64,000 nt of DNA from a bacterium (GTDB lineage: Bacteria > Patescibacteriota > Microgenomatia > Levybacterales > UBA12049), in NCBI GenBank assembly GCA_021777565.1, contig JAJYDJ010000003.1:1001-65000 (forward strand). The letters run 5' to 3'. This document shows positions 31,537 to 41,122 of the stretch, piece by piece. Every line of letters begins with the position of its first letter. The first letter of the stretch is position 1. The position numbers and the translations under genes were made by a program. Under the pieces are notes generated by a model. That model was not told where the DNA came from. It did not search any database and saw only the letters and a program-made list of their open reading frames with translations.

Positions 31537-31738
31537 TACATTTCCCGAACCAGTGTTGTATGGCAATAGACAACATACTAATTATCACTAATATAGTCCT
31601 TATTTTAGTCAATATTGGCGTTATCGTCGTGGCAATACTCTCTGTTAAGTATAACCATAGACTCTTTCACTTCCTCGACACTACTCTACGCTAGACAGAT
31701 TAAATAATTTGCTACTGTATTCTCAGAACCAAACTCTT

Positions 31739-32161
31739 ATGAAAAAGAACGGTAGAACATCATCTAATCCTCATGTCGGTCGTCCCACAGACTACGATCC
31801 TAAGTATTGTGAAGAGATAATTACACACATGGCTGAAGGTTTGAGTAAGGAAGCATTTGCTGGCTCAATAGGTGTCTCAAAGCAAACCCTTTATGATTGG
31901 ATGAAGGCACATGAGGAATTTCTTGACGCCGTACATATAGGAGAAATGAAATCTTTATTGTGGTGGGAAAGAAGAGGTATTAAAGGCATGAGCGAAGGGA
32001 AAGACTTCAGCCCTATCCCCTGGAAGTTTGGCATTGCAAATAGACATGGGTGGAAGGATAAGTCCGATGTAACCTCAGATGACAAGCAAGTTGTTGCAGG
32101 CTTTGTCTATAATGCACCAAAGCAGGAGGAAGACCATGAAGAAAATCTACCCGACGATTAG
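31739..32161 (+). CDS. terS: Terminase small subunit
   Basis: ATG at 31739. GRPTDYDPKYCEEIITHMAEGLSKEAFAGSIGVSKQTLYDW is the HTH-containing N-terminus typical of TerS. It sits immediately upstream of TerL. Confidence 0.6.
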   Translation: MKKNGRTSSNPHVGRPTDYDPKYCEEIITHMAEGLSKEAFAGSIGVSKQTLYDWMKAHEEFLDAVHIGEMKSLLWWERRGIKGMSEGKDFSPIPWKFGIANRHGWKDKSDVTSDDKQVVAGFVYNAPKQEEDHEENLPDD

Positions 32162-33548
32162 CCCATTCCCAAGACAAGATAAAGCATATCAAAAGCTACT
32201 TGATGACGTTACTCGCCTGCTTGTGTACGGTGGCGCAGCAGGAGGTGGCAAGACATGGTTAGGGTGTGAGTGGCTTCTATTGATGTGTTATCGCTATCCG
32301 GGCACTAAGTGGTTTATTGGAAGAAACGAGTTGACTCGTTTGATGGGATCTTCATACTTAACATGGCGTAGGGTTCTTAAATTTCACAGCATACCTGACT
32401 CTGATTGGGTTTTTAATGGACAGTATCACTATATTGAGTTTGTCGAGGGGACAGCCAAGGGTAGTCGTATTGATCTTCTTGATCTAGCTTATCAGCCACG
32501 AGACCCCGACTTCGAGCGATTTGGTTCACTTGAATATACTGGTGGGTGGATAGAAGAAGGTGGAGAGATACATTTCAAGGCATTTGATGTACTCAAGACG
32601 AGAATTGGCCGAATGATGAATACTGAGTACAACCTACTTCCTAAGCTACTTATTACCTGCAATCCTACACACAATTGGCTCTACCGTTTGTTTTACAAGC
32701 CATTCAAAGAGGGTAAACTTCCTGATGGGCATGCTTTTATAAAAGCACTCTACACGGATAACCCATACACGGCAGACTCCTATGGTAAACAGCTTGACAC
32801 CATCATTGATCCCACCTTACGTGCAAGGCTACGAAATGGGGATTGGGAGTATGGCGAGAATAACTCTATCTTTAACTATGATGCAATTATTGACATGTTT
32901 ACTAATACTGTTGAGATAAGTAACGAAAAGTACCTAACTGGAGATATTGCTAGGTATGGGCATGACAAGACAGTTGAGGGCATATGGCAAGGTTGGAACT
33001 TACAGCAAGTCTTTTGGGACGTGAAGCAAGGCATTGATGTGACAATTACTAAGACACGTTCTAGGATTATTGAGAGTGGTATACCCTACTCACATACCGT
33101 ACTTGATGATGATGGTGTTGGTGGTGGTGCAGTTGATTCGCTCAAAGGAGTTAAGGGGTTTGTGGGCAACGCAACACCTATCAAGCGAGTAGACCCTAAG
33201 ACAAAGAAGGAAATTAAAGAGAACTACCGTAACCTACGATCTCAATGCGAATTTATATTTGCAGAAAAGGTAAATAACCACGAAGTATCCATATCTGCCC
33301 CACTGTCTGAACAAGAAAAGGAATGGATTATCGAAGAATTGCAGCAGATAAAGTCAACAGAAAACTCAGGCGATCAACCCCTACAGATCGTGTCTAAAGA
33401 CAGTATCAAAGAAGCTTTGGGTCGATCACCAGACTTTGCAGACATGTTAATGATGCGTGCCTATTTTGAGTTACAACCTAAAAAGGTATTTATCCAACAG
33501 CAACAAGTTGGCGGTGTTAAGTCGCTCTATGAAGGTATGCCCGGTTGA
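32136..33548 (+). CDS. terL: Terminase large subunit
   Basis: ATG at 32136 is preceded by AGGAGGA and overlaps terS by 26 nt. Walker A VYGGAAGGGKTWLGCEWLL; a C-terminal RNaseH-like nuclease region with acidic residues. Confidence 0.8.
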   Translation: MKKIYPTISPFPRQDKAYQKLLDDVTRLLVYGGAAGGGKTWLGCEWLLLMCYRYPGTKWFIGRNELTRLMGSSYLTWRRVLKFHSIPDSDWVFNGQYHYIEFVEGTAKGSRIDLLDLAYQPRDPDFERFGSLEYTGGWIEEGGEIHFKAFDVLKTRIGRMMNTEYNLLPKLLITCNPTHNWLYRLFYKPFKEGKLPDGHAFIKALYTDNPYTADSYGKQLDTIIDPTLRARLRNGDWEYGENNSIFNYDAIIDMFTNTVEISNEKYLTGDIARYGHDKTVEGIWQGWNLQQVFWDVKQGIDVTITKTRSRIIESGIPYSHTVLDDDGVGGGAVDSLKGVKGFVGNATPIKRVDPKTKKEIKENYRNLRSQCEFIFAEKVNNHEVSISAPLSEQEKEWIIEELQQIKSTENSGDQPLQIVSKDSIKEALGRSPDFADMLMMRAYFELQPKKVFIQQQQVGGVKSLYEGMPG

Positions 33549-33571
33549 CAGGGTATAAAAATAATTGCTTC
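33545..33571 (+). promoter_or_regulatory. Conserved phage intergenic motif copy 1 (TTGACA + GGGTATAAAAATAATTGCTTC)
   Basis: It matches the recurring consensus GGTATAAAAATTGTTGC. It overlaps the terL stop codon. Confidence 0.4.
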
Positions 33572-33621
33572 TATTGAGTGGATAAGGACTCTCTAACATC
33601 CTTTATCGTTCATACCAAACA

Positions 33622-33643
33622 GCCCTCGAAAGAGGGTTTTTTG
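33622..33643 (+). terminator. Rho-independent terminator-like hairpin
   Basis: AGCCCTCGAAAGAGGGTTTTTTGG is a 6-bp GC-rich stem with a GAAA loop and a T-run, lying between terL and the portal gene. Confidence 0.5.
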
Positions 33644-33648
33644 GTGTA

Positions 33649-33677
33649 CTTGTGTATGTATAAAAATTGTTGCTAGC
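33649..33677 (+). promoter_or_regulatory. Conserved phage intergenic motif copy 2 (GTATGTATAAAAATTGTTGCTAGC)
   Basis: Located directly after the terminator and 12 nt before the portal ATG. Confidence 0.45.
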
Positions 33678-33688
33678 GTGAGGGCATT

Positions 33689-35443
33689 ATGGATAGTTCA
33701 GCACAGCCAGCCATCGCTAGTGAGGAGATCACATTTGATAATCCTGAGTTAGTATCGCTCACCGAACACAAGAAGGAAGCAGAGAATTGGCAAAAACGTC
33801 GTCATCTCGACTGGACAGAGACCTACATGTTATACCGTAACAGGGTTATCACCAACCGTCTAACTAATAGGCAATCTGTTGTCGTACCACTGACAAAAAC
33901 TGTAATCAAAACAGCGCTCAAAGAGACCGATGATCCTCCGCTTTTGGTATTTGAGAACCTCGATAACGACAAGCAAAAGGAGGTCTTTTATAACGAATAC
34001 TGGGAAATGTTCGCCAAAGATCAACGACTAGTTATTAAGGACATTGTCGATAAAAAACAAGAGATGCTTTATGGTCGAACCTTCAAGAAGCTCAACATTG
34101 AGAACGGAAAGCCTATTGTAGACATTATTGACGTGCAAGATGTCCTTGTTACCAGATACTGTGACCCAACAATGATTAATACTGCGCGCTATTTGAATCA
34201 CCAACACATATTCGTGCCACTTTCTACCATTGAGCACAATGACGAGTATGACCAAGAGGCGGTGACTAGGCTCAAAGTTTTCTATGCAACAGCACGAGGG
34301 ATGGTTCGTGCAGAAGAAAATATCAAGAACTTAGAGGCAAAGAATAGGCGCATGCAACTCATGGGCGTTACAGACATCAATAACCCAATCATTGGTGAGA
34401 CTTATGTTGAACTAAATGAACATTACATCATGCAATATAACAAAGACCTTGATCAAGAAGAATACTATCTCAAGACAACCTGCGATGACATGGAAGAACT
34501 AGCGTCGCAACGGCTAGAAGACGTTATTGGGGAGACAAAAGATCACTATTGGAGAACACACAACCCATTTAACTCGTGGGCTGATGATATAGAGCTCACA
34601 GACATTTGGAGTGACGGGCTTGGAGATATCGTACGAACACCAAATAAGATAGCAAACATTATGATCTCTCAGATCATTGAAAATAGAGTGTTGCGAAACT
34701 ATAGTATGTTCTTCTTTGATTCATCTATCGAGGATTATAAACCACAGACATATGAACCAGAGCCTTTTGGTTGGTACCCTGCCCCAGGTGATCCAAATAC
34801 GACAATTAAACAGGTGCCAATCCCTGAGCTAGGTAATTCTATACCTGAGTTACAGTTCGTTATGAACTTCGCCAACCAAGCTGCAGCAACCCCAGATATG
34901 GCTCAGGGTGTTGTCAATAAAAAGACTATGACTAAGGCAGAAATGCAGGCCGTCTTGCAAGAGGCTCAACAAAGAGTACGTTCTATGTCTATCTTCTATA
35001 ACGCGGCATGGGAAGAATTTGGTGTTATGTTTATCAAACTCATCGAAGCAAATGAGGACAAACTTGAGCCTGTTCGTGTATGGAAGAAAGGATATAAGGG
35101 AACCATGTTTAGTAAAACTATATCCCCAAATGACTGGAAGACAAAAAATGGCTATACCGTCAAAGTTATGACTAAAGATGAGAAGGATAAAGAGGAAAAG
35201 GATAGAATCCAGAAGTTGAATGCTGTATCACCGGACTTTGTGAATAACAAACCATTCCAAGACATCCGCAAGAAGAAGGAGTTGGCATTTGCTGGCCTCA
35301 ATCCTGATGAAGTGAAGGAAGTTATGGACTTTGAGAATCAACAGGCAGAAGCCCAGATGAAAGCACAGCAGGCTGGCCAACAGCAACAGCAAACACAGCC
35401 AGTACAGCAGCAACAGCAATTGCAGCTTCCAGCAGGACAATAA
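33689..35443 (+). CDS. Putative portal protein with C-terminal poly-Gln tail
   Basis: 584 aa, immediately downstream of terL in the expected position and size. The C-terminus is QQAGQQQQQTQPVQQQQQLQLPAGQ. No portal motif was verified. Confidence 0.45.
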   Translation: MDSSAQPAIASEEITFDNPELVSLTEHKKEAENWQKRRHLDWTETYMLYRNRVITNRLTNRQSVVVPLTKTVIKTALKETDDPPLLVFENLDNDKQKEVFYNEYWEMFAKDQRLVIKDIVDKKQEMLYGRTFKKLNIENGKPIVDIIDVQDVLVTRYCDPTMINTARYLNHQHIFVPLSTIEHNDEYDQEAVTRLKVFYATARGMVRAEENIKNLEAKNRRMQLMGVTDINNPIIGETYVELNEHYIMQYNKDLDQEEYYLKTTCDDMEELASQRLEDVIGETKDHYWRTHNPFNSWADDIELTDIWSDGLGDIVRTPNKIANIMISQIIENRVLRNYSMFFFDSSIEDYKPQTYEPEPFGWYPAPGDPNTTIKQVPIPELGNSIPELQFVMNFANQAAATPDMAQGVVNKKTMTKAEMQAVLQEAQQRVRSMSIFYNAAWEEFGVMFIKLIEANEDKLEPVRVWKKGYKGTMFSKTISPNDWKTKNGYTVKVMTKDEKDKEEKDRIQKLNAVSPDFVNNKPFQDIRKKKELAFAGLNPDEVKEVMDFENQQAEAQMKAQQAGQQQQQTQPVQQQQQLQLPAGQ

Positions 35444-35445
35444 TT

Positions 35446-35470
35446 TTGACAAGGTATAAAAATTGTTGCT
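35446..35470 (+). promoter_or_regulatory. Conserved phage intergenic motif copy 3 (TTGACAAGGTATAAAAATTGTTGCT)
   Basis: Exact match to the core GGTATAAAAATTGTTGC with TTGACA immediately 5'. Confidence 0.45.
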
Positions 35471-35481
35471 AAGAGAGAACT

Positions 35482-35880
35482 ATGATCGACAAAATATTAA
35501 AAAAGTTTGGCATTTCTTTTGAAGAGCTATCAGAAGAGGAAGTAACCACACTTAATACGTGGCTAGAACAACTTAAAACACGTGCTATAACCCCTGATGA
35601 TATACGTAATCATGTTCTTGCGATGAAGGACTCAGTAGAGCAGGAGCTTATCAATACACCAGAATACATAGACTTTTTTTTCGTGAAACTACATAACAGA
35701 AAGCAGATATTGCTCAAGGCACGACTGCGAAACTATATGCTTCTTGACGCGTTTTTTACAAGTCCAGAGAGAGCAAAGAAAGCACTTGAAGCACAAATAG
35801 AGACACTGGCAGCTCAGAAAGAAAGAAATAATGGCAAAGAAAGCAACTATCAAAAAGGTAAAGCAGCCAAAAATATCTAA
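35482..35880 (+). CDS. Hypothetical phage protein
   Basis: 132 aa helical protein in the head module. Confidence 0.35.
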   Translation: MIDKILKKFGISFEELSEEEVTTLNTWLEQLKTRAITPDDIRNHVLAMKDSVEQELINTPEYIDFFFVKLHNRKQILLKARLRNYMLLDAFFTSPERAKKALEAQIETLAAQKERNNGKESNYQKGKAAKNI

Positions 35881-36070
35881 GTTTAAGTTACCTAAGCCAG
35901 TAACAAAGACTTTTAAGGTTAAGACAACGGCTGGGAAACAGACAAAAGAAGTAAAAATTGGAGCAAAAGTATATAAGTCCACTACCTCGACAAAAGGTTT
36001 AACAAAGAAGATGAATATATCAAATAAAGGTTCTATTACAGAACCAAAATCACAGAGGGTGAGTTACTAG
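35831..36070 (+). CDS. Small lysine-rich basic protein
   Basis: 79 aa (MAKKATIKKVKQPKISKFKLPKPVTKTFKVKTT...). Overlaps the preceding ORF by 50 nt in another frame. Confidence 0.35.
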   Translation: MAKKATIKKVKQPKISKFKLPKPVTKTFKVKTTAGKQTKEVKIGAKVYKSTTSTKGLTKKMNISNKGSITEPKSQRVSY

Positions 36071-36071
36071 C

Positions 36072-36302
36072 ATGAAGAAAAAGACCGGAAATTTTTATGG
36101 ATCAACGATCAAAAAGGGTGCATTACATGCAAAACTACACATGAAGCAGGGTAATAAGATACCCATCTCGAAAGTAAACTCAGGCATAACTTCGGTTAAG
36201 AAACAAGTCAAAAGTGCGACTGGATCAAAAAGAAAAGCTCTTGTTAAAAAAGAACGGGAGCTCGTTTTTGCTAAAAATGCAAAGACAAAATTCAAAAAAT
36301 AA
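36072..36302 (+). CDS. Small lysine-rich basic protein
   Basis: 76 aa, about 30% K/R. Confidence 0.4.
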   Translation: MKKKTGNFYGSTIKKGALHAKLHMKQGNKIPISKVNSGITSVKKQVKSATGSKRKALVKKERELVFAKNAKTKFKK

Positions 36303-36304
36303 TC

Positions 36305-36694
36305 ATGGATATCTGTATTAAAACAATCCCTCATACAGAGCAGAACTATGATACCGTTGGCGACTATTGGACAAACGAGGACGGATTAGTCGAGTTTAGA
36401 ATATCTAAAATTGGTGATGATTATGAGTTTCTTGTACTCATTCACGAATTAATTGAGCAATATTTAACAAAAAGGCGTGGTATTACGGAGAAAAGTATCT
36501 GCGAGTTTGATGTTCAATACGAAGAAGAACGTAAGAAAGGTTTACATCCTAAGGATGCCGAGCCAGGCGATGATCTTAAAGCTCCATATAGAAAAGAACA
36601 CAAGTTTGCAACGCTTTTAGAGCGTCTTCTTGCTCATGAACTCGGCGTTGACTGGGAAGAATACGAAGATATTGTAATGAGTTTGGAATATTAA
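36305..36694 (+). CDS. Hypothetical phage protein (acidic)
   Basis: 129 aa. Confidence 0.4.
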   Translation: MDICIKTIPHTEQNYDTVGDYWTNEDGLVEFRISKIGDDYEFLVLIHELIEQYLTKRRGITEKSICEFDVQYEEERKKGLHPKDAEPGDDLKAPYRKEHKFATLLERLLAHELGVDWEEYEDIVMSLEY

Positions 36695-36696
36695 AT

Positions 36697-36873
36697 ATGA
36701 AAAAGAAAGCATTAAACAAAAAAGTGAGCGCAAAGGTCTCAAAGATCATGAAGGAAGGGGTTAGACGTAATGCGCATGCACCTTTATCAAAAAGCAATCC
36801 TCGCCGTCCGGTTTCACAGAAGCAAGCAATTGCAATAGCTATCTCAATGGCAAAGAAGAAAAGGAATGCTTGA
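36697..36873 (+). CDS. Small lysine-rich basic protein (58 aa, not in ORF track)
   Basis: ATG at 36697. MKKKALNKKVSAKVSKIMKEGVRRNAHAPLSKSNPRRPVSQKQAIAIAISMAKKKRNA. Its stop codon overlaps the TTGACA of motif copy 4. Confidence 0.35.
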   Translation: MKKKALNKKVSAKVSKIMKEGVRRNAHAPLSKSNPRRPVSQKQAIAIAISMAKKKRNA

Positions 36874-36896
36874 CACGGTATAAAAATTGTTGACAA
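36870..36896 (+). promoter_or_regulatory. Conserved phage intergenic motif copy 4 (TTGACACGGTATAAAAATTGTTGACAA)
   Basis: The core plus flanking TTGACA direct repeats. Confidence 0.45.
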
Positions 36897-36905
36897 CCTA
36901 GCATT

Positions 36906-37196
36906 ATGAATAAGGAAGCACAGGAGTATTTAGAAAATATCCTAAAAAAAGACCCAGCATGGTTGATAGAAGATGATATTAAGTTTCTAAACGCACGTCG
37001 TGACTACTTAACTGACGAACAAAAAAGAGTATTTGCAAGTGTATTGGGAGACGGGCAAGCACCAGAACCGACAAAGACAGAACTTGTTGCAAAACTCATT
37101 AAACTCGATCCTAGTATAGATGAATCTACGGCTAAGAAAATGAAAAATGATGATTTGAAGCAAGCAATTGCTGAAAAAGAAGCAGTATTAGCATAA
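36906..37196 (+). CDS. Hypothetical phage protein
   Basis: 96 aa. Confidence 0.4.
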   Translation: MNKEAQEYLENILKKDPAWLIEDDIKFLNARRDYLTDEQKRVFASVLGDGQAPEPTKTELVAKLIKLDPSIDESTAKKMKNDDLKQAIAEKEAVLA

Positions 37197-37232
37197 CCAA
37201 ACCCTTTGAGATAAGGAACGGAGAAAATACAT

Positions 37233-38060
37233 ATGCCAGATAATAGAAAAGTTATTACACAAGCAGAAATTGACGCACAGCTTTCCAAACTAGGACAACC
37301 TACTGAGACAAACGATATACCTGAAGAGACCCCAGTCGATCCAGTTTCCACAGAGACACCACAAGAACCATCTACGCAACCAGTAGGAACTACTACTGAA
37401 TCTAAAATCCCAGCGCCTGACGATGATCCTGACAATCCACCAGTGGAAACACCACCGGACGACCCATATAGAGAAAAGTTTGCTAATTCAACACGAGAAG
37501 CTCAAATACTCGCCTCTAAGAATAGAAAAATTACAGAGACAATCGAGCAAGCTGCACAACTCCCAGAGCCAACAGATGACGAGCTACGTAAAGAGTATGA
37601 AGACTGGGATGATTTAACTGACTTTGAGAAGAAAATGGCAAAGAACGCCCTTGCGTCTAGTAAAAAGTTTTCTATGATCCATGAGGCAGTCATAGCAAAT
37701 GCTCAAGTAGACGTCTGGGCAAAGAAAGTTGATGACTTCCTTGCCAACCCACTGACGCTACAAAATCCACTGTATAAAGAGCTTGATGGTCATGAAGCAG
37801 AGTTTAGGTCTTTCTCGATGAAAGAATCACGCCGAGGATTAGATTTTGAAGACCTCGTTGCATCATTCCTCTATACCGTAGAGAAAACACCGAAGGCACC
37901 TACACAAAAAGGGGCGATGCTTAATCGACCGAATGGTGGTGGCCCTATCAAACCACAGCAAACAGGATACACCCCACAGCAGATCGGAACACTTCGTAAA
38001 ACAGACCAAAAAAAGTATAACGAGTTGGTAGCAAAAGGAATTATAAAAGTCACTATTTAG
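37233..38060 (+). CDS. Putative scaffolding protein
   Basis: 275 aa with an acidic, Pro-rich N-terminus and a helical C-terminus, immediately upstream of the capsid candidate. Confidence 0.4.
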   Translation: MPDNRKVITQAEIDAQLSKLGQPTETNDIPEETPVDPVSTETPQEPSTQPVGTTTESKIPAPDDDPDNPPVETPPDDPYREKFANSTREAQILASKNRKITETIEQAAQLPEPTDDELRKEYEDWDDLTDFEKKMAKNALASSKKFSMIHEAVIANAQVDVWAKKVDDFLANPLTLQNPLYKELDGHEAEFRSFSMKESRRGLDFEDLVASFLYTVEKTPKAPTQKGAMLNRPNGGGPIKPQQTGYTPQQIGTLRKTDQKKYNELVAKGIIKVTI

Positions 38061-38075
38061 CCTCAAATCTCCCTA

Positions 38076-38103
38076 TTGACACGGTATAAAATTTGTTGAC
38101 AGC
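38076..38103 (+). promoter_or_regulatory. Conserved phage intergenic motif copy 5 (TTGACACGGTATAAAATTTGTTGACAGC)
   Basis: One mismatch to the core. It lies upstream of the capsid gene. Confidence 0.45.
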
Positions 38104-38178
38104 ATAACACTTAGATAAGTTAAACCTTCTACCCCGACATAATCGGACTGAGAGAAAAACTCCAATCTCAAAACGATT

Positions 38179-39267
38179 ATGGAAAATTACGGAGTAACAC
38201 TAGCAGAAGCATTTGCCCAACAGGTCATGAGACTGTTTTTCTCTGATTCTGTTACTGAGCGAATTACTAACAAAAACTACGAAGGAGAAATCAAGAATAA
38301 AGCAACAAAACTTGAAATCTTAACATTTGAAAAAGTTTCCCTTCATGACTATGCAGGAACTCCTTTAAGTTCTCCTGACACGCCTCAAGAGTCTGTTGGG
38401 GAATTAAACACAAATCAGAGAAAAATGTATTACTTCCAAGTCGAGTCGCTCGCTAAACTACAATCTTGGATTAAAGACCCACAAGGCACACTTCTCCCTC
38501 AATCTGAGAGTACCTTAAAAGAAACAATTGATACCTATAACCTTGGTTTATATACCAAAGTGGCAGCAGGTCAGAGACTTGGGACAGTATATAACACTGG
38601 AACAGTTGCAGTTGCAACAGGTACGGGCGTAGTTACTGGAACGGGCACAACTTTTACTGCTGCAATGGTAGGCAGAGGATTTAAGGCTGCTGGAATGACA
38701 AAATGGTATCGCATATCTGCATACACAAGCGCAACACAAATTACTATCGTTGATGATCTTGATGACACCGGCACAGGAGCATACACAGGAGGAACTATTA
38801 GTGCAGGTGCAACATACACAATCGAAGCTGTTACTCCAGTGCAACTTTCTGCATCAAATGTCTATCAGTATATTGTTAATTTGAGAACACTTTTAAACCA
38901 AGCAAAAGTACCAGCAAGTGATCGCTGGCTAGTTATCCCATCACAGATCTCAGCATACTTACTACAGGCAAGTGTTATGACTCCATCCGTACCACAGGCA
39001 TATGAAGATGTTGTTAAATCTGGCCGTATTGGTAAAGTCGCAGGGTTTGATGTATTCGAAAGTGAATTAGTAAACGGAGATGGTGTAAATGGGTATCATT
39101 GTTTAGCTGGACATAAGTCTGCTATTACTCATGCTTTGGCATTCACTGAAACTGGTGTAGAAGACGTTATTGGTGGATTCGGTTTCAACTACAAAGGTGT
39201 AACCATTTTCGGATCGAAGGTTGTTGATGCTCGTCGATCCGCTCTTGCTGAGCTCTTCGCAATCTAA
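38179..39267 (+). CDS. Putative major capsid protein (HK97-fold-like)
   Basis: 362 aa, placed after the scaffold candidate. Its composition (GT-rich loops, DRWLVIPSQISAYLL, GKVAGFDVFESELV) is typical of HK97-like capsid proteins. Preceded by a strong motif copy. Confidence 0.55.
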   Translation: MENYGVTLAEAFAQQVMRLFFSDSVTERITNKNYEGEIKNKATKLEILTFEKVSLHDYAGTPLSSPDTPQESVGELNTNQRKMYYFQVESLAKLQSWIKDPQGTLLPQSESTLKETIDTYNLGLYTKVAAGQRLGTVYNTGTVAVATGTGVVTGTGTTFTAAMVGRGFKAAGMTKWYRISAYTSATQITIVDDLDDTGTGAYTGGTISAGATYTIEAVTPVQLSASNVYQYIVNLRTLLNQAKVPASDRWLVIPSQISAYLLQASVMTPSVPQAYEDVVKSGRIGKVAGFDVFESELVNGDGVNGYHCLAGHKSAITHALAFTETGVEDVIGGFGFNYKGVTIFGSKVVDARRSALAELFAI

Positions 39268-39301
39268 CAGCCTCACCTAATTAGTTTTCTAAGGAGAAAC
39301 T

Positions 39302-39676
39302 ATGCTTATACAAAGACATACTGATGTAATTACGCCAACATATCAAGGTGCTTTTATGAAAGCACAGGTACTAACTGGTGCCGGCGCATATAACACAGAC
39401 GCTATCGATGTAAGTAGTTTTATCGAACTTCTATTATTTATCAATTTGACAGCAGAAAGTGGCACGACTCCAACTCTTGACTGTAAATTACAATATTCTC
39501 CCGACAACACAAACTGGGTTGACAGTGGTGATTCTTTTACCCAAATGAATACTACAACAGGAGTATTTCTTAAAAAAGCCTCTGCAATATTTGGTAAGTA
39601 TGTTCGTCTTGTGTTCACGCTTGGAGGGACAACACCGAGTTACACGATTACACCGACAATCATAGCAAAACAATAA
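39302..39676 (+). CDS. Hypothetical virion protein
   Basis: 124 aa, preceded by an AAGGAGA RBS. Confidence 0.4.
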   Translation: MLIQRHTDVITPTYQGAFMKAQVLTGAGAYNTDAIDVSSFIELLLFINLTAESGTTPTLDCKLQYSPDNTNWVDSGDSFTQMNTTTGVFLKKASAIFGKYVRLVFTLGGTTPSYTITPTIIAKQ

Positions 39677-39677
39677 T

Positions 39678-39887
39678 ATGACACCTAAATTTAGTCTTGG
39701 ACAAACAATTAAGCACGTAAATGATCCTGACATAGACGCAGGGAAGATAGTTCATATCTCAGTAAACGATTCTCGTGTCCTCTACACCATAGAAATTGAG
39801 GAATGGAATCCACAAACGAGAAGCATTTTTAAGGCTGTTAAACACATAGAGGAAAGTGAAGCTATGGAGGTAGAGGAAAATGAATAA
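39678..39887 (+). CDS. Hypothetical phage protein
   Basis: 69 aa. Confidence 0.3.
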   Translation: MTPKFSLGQTIKHVNDPDIDAGKIVHISVNDSRVLYTIEIEEWNPQTRSIFKAVKHIEESEAMEVEENE

Positions 39888-40602
39888 ACATATTACTGAA
39901 AAAGTAAAAATTGATCCTAAAGGGCTAGTCACAAGACGCCTTATTGATACCCGTAAGCTCTTTACGGAAGCTATAAATCGTGGTGTTAAGTTTGAGCTGA
40001 CTTTCGATGAGATGCTTCTTGAGTATAAGAGCTCTACATTTCGCGCGATTACCATTAAAATGGCTAAAGAGTTGGGGAATGATCTTACAGAAAGTCTTAT
40101 TGATCAGTCTGTTAAGTCTCAATTTGCAGATAATAAGCTCTGGTTGTTCATTAAGAGACATTTTAATAGAGATATCCAGATACCATTCGTTACTGGCATA
40201 TACACAAAAAGCCCTATTACTAGACCTAATCTAGTTGTCGCCACTGGTCATGCACGGTACTCGGGGCAAATCGGTGGCACAACAACAACACCAATGACTG
40301 CGCTAGCAGTTGGGACCTCTGGAACAGCACCAGCATCAGGAGATACGGCACTAGGAGCAGAGATCACCACAAGTGGGCTTGCACGAGGCGCAGCGACTAT
40401 CTCACAAATCACAACTACCTACACCAACGACACTACGCAGTGGCAAAAAACATGGACAGTAACAGGGACACAAGGGATACAAGAGGAAGGTATTTTTGAT
40501 AATAATACCTCTGGTGGCACACTCCTTGCACACAATACCTTCTCTGTAGTCAGCGTAGTAAATGGAGATACATTCCAGATCACGCACGATATCCAAAGCT
40601 AA
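39880..40602 (+). CDS. Putative tail/structural protein (T/G/A-rich C-terminal half)
   Basis: 240 aa. Confidence 0.4.
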   Translation: MNKHITEKVKIDPKGLVTRRLIDTRKLFTEAINRGVKFELTFDEMLLEYKSSTFRAITIKMAKELGNDLTESLIDQSVKSQFADNKLWLFIKRHFNRDIQIPFVTGIYTKSPITRPNLVVATGHARYSGQIGGTTTTPMTALAVGTSGTAPASGDTALGAEITTSGLARGAATISQITTTYTNDTTQWQKTWTVTGTQGIQEEGIFDNNTSGGTLLAHNTFSVVSVVNGDTFQITHDIQS

Positions 40603-40603
40603 T

Positions 40604-41113
40604 ATGTTATACCTATTTCAAAACGCACCAATGCAAACAACCGCAGCACCTTCAAAGGTGGCTACTAATGCGACTATAAAAACATTATTACAACTCGCGG
40701 TTAAGAGTGGTGTACAGGCAAAAATAAAAGAGTGGGGATTTAGTGGAGATGCAAGCGCAGCAGCAGCACCGGGAGTAGTCGAACTGATCGAGACAGACGT
40801 GGCAGCAACTGTCACAGCAGCAGTCACAAACGATATTACACGAATTGATGGGTCAGCACTTAATTTAGGTGATCCGCTAACTGCCTTAATCAACGCTGGT
40901 GTCAGCGCGACTGGGTACACAGCAACCGTAGAAGGCACAATAACTGCAGTAAGAAATCTTGATGGGTCACAACTTATTGCGCCAACAAGCCAGTACAATA
41001 AACAATTCCCTCTTGGAGAAGAACCAGTGTTGCAAGCGGGTAAATTTTTAAGAATTAGAGTCACATTCCCTGCCACTGTAAATGGTTTAGTTTACGTAAA
41101 ATTTGAAATATAA
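40604..41113 (+). CDS. Putative structural protein
   Basis: ATG at 40604, directly after the preceding stop. Confidence 0.4.
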   Translation: MLYLFQNAPMQTTAAPSKVATNATIKTLLQLAVKSGVQAKIKEWGFSGDASAAAAPGVVELIETDVAATVTAAVTNDITRIDGSALNLGDPLTALINAGVSATGYTATVEGTITAVRNLDGSQLIAPTSQYNKQFPLGEEPVLQAGKFLRIRVTFPATVNGLVYVKFEI

Positions 41114-41122
41114 AAATATGGT

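Noticed and set aside
31561-31698. 45-aa hydrophobic ORF (MAIDNILIITNIVLILVNIGVIVVAIL...) between integrase and terS
   Set aside because: It is short, has no clear RBS, and an AT-rich intergenic region easily yields hydrophobic frames. It is not excluded, but it is unsupported.
37004-37435. 143-aa minus-strand S/G-rich ORF overlapping two plus-strand phage genes
   Set aside because: Low-complexity translation antisense to co-directional operon genes.
33545-38103. Interpretation of the recurring motif as a canonical sigma70 promoter (TTGACA-N17-TATAAT)
   Set aside because: TTGACA is only 2-3 nt from the TATAAAAA stretch, and no TATAAT sits at correct spacing downstream. It is kept as a phage-specific regulatory motif instead.
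38548-38844. Cys-rich antisense ORFs inside the capsid gene
   Set aside because: They are fully embedded antisense to a long, well-formed gene and have low-complexity composition driven by the sense-strand GT-rich codons.
40618-41076. 152-aa antisense ORF within structural gene 40604..41113
   Set aside because: The A/T/S-rich antisense frame comes from an alanine/threonine-rich sense gene. The sense gene fits operon spacing exactly.
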